A stretch of 64,000 nucleotides of DNA, taken from positions 248,001 to 312,000 of the IMG/VR virus record IMGVR_UViG_3300047319_001872, one strand, 5' to 3'. Shown piece by piece: positions 63,802 to 64,000 of this stretch (positions are counted from its first letter, which is position 1; each line of letters begins with the position of its first letter). Below the pieces are notes generated by a model, which searched no databases, was not told where the DNA came from, and saw only the letters and a list, made by a program, of their open reading frames with translations. The translations under genes were made by a program, and so were the position numbers.

Positions 63802-63830
63802 GTAATATAGGTCTGAAATTGTTTTCAATC
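63802..63830 (-). promoter_or_regulatory. Early promoter, bipartite
   Basis: GATTGAAA-N12-CTATATTAC on the minus strand. Confidence 0.75.
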
Positions 63831-63882
63831 GACTTTTAACACGCGATCCTATGTAGATTCTTTTTTTGAGCGGAGGCCTAGA

Positions 63883-64000
63883 GTGAATCCTATCACCCGA
63901 GCTGTGGATGATCTGAAGTTCCGGATTCCACGGCGTGTATTGGAAGAGGTGTTTGTCGAGCGCACGGCCCGTTGGCGCACAGCCCCGCGTTCGATCGACG
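63883..64000 (+). CDS. Conserved chimallivirus protein, 5' fragment
   Basis: GTG 63883 with RBS GGAGG gives MNPITRAVDDLKFRIPRRVLEEVF..., running off the edge. TATG (late-promoter-like) at 63850. Confidence 0.65.
   Translation, partial: MNPITRAVDDLKFRIPRRVLEEVFVERTARWRTAPRSID

Overview
This 64-kb window is the conserved core of a nucleus-forming, phiKZ-like jumbo phage (Chimalliviridae) with GC-rich codon usage. A betaproteobacterial host such as Burkholderia or Ralstonia is plausible, but that is inference. From left to right it contains: head and baseplate virion genes; one half of the split family-B DNA polymerase; a cassette-like array of small accessory genes; a modular endolysin; two acidic low-complexity paralogs; a virion-RNAP beta' subunit; two tandem macrodomain genes; an SF2 helicase; non-virion RNAP subunits; PicA, ChmC and an SbcD-like nuclease; the nuclear shell gene chmA; a free-standing HNH gene; a cluster of small basic proteins; the second DNA polymerase half; a paralog array; and the tubulin PhuZ. 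phiKZ gp numbers are positional or recalled equivalents, not database results. Five observations stand out. (1) A stand-alone DUF6527 gene, a family I recall from bacterial ubiquitin-like conjugation operons, sits 2 nt after the baseplate gene and is a candidate anti-defence deconjugase. (2) A 102-aa protein begins with an almost exact EF-Tu N-terminus. (3) A second, full-length PicA paralog carries an extra C-terminal domain. (4) A bipartite early promoter, GATTSAAA-N12-[C/A][T/C]ATATTAC, occurs four times. (5) Three ORF-free, hairpin-dense intergenic regions may be structured ncRNAs. I saw no CRISPR array, tRNA, rRNA, intron or intein.
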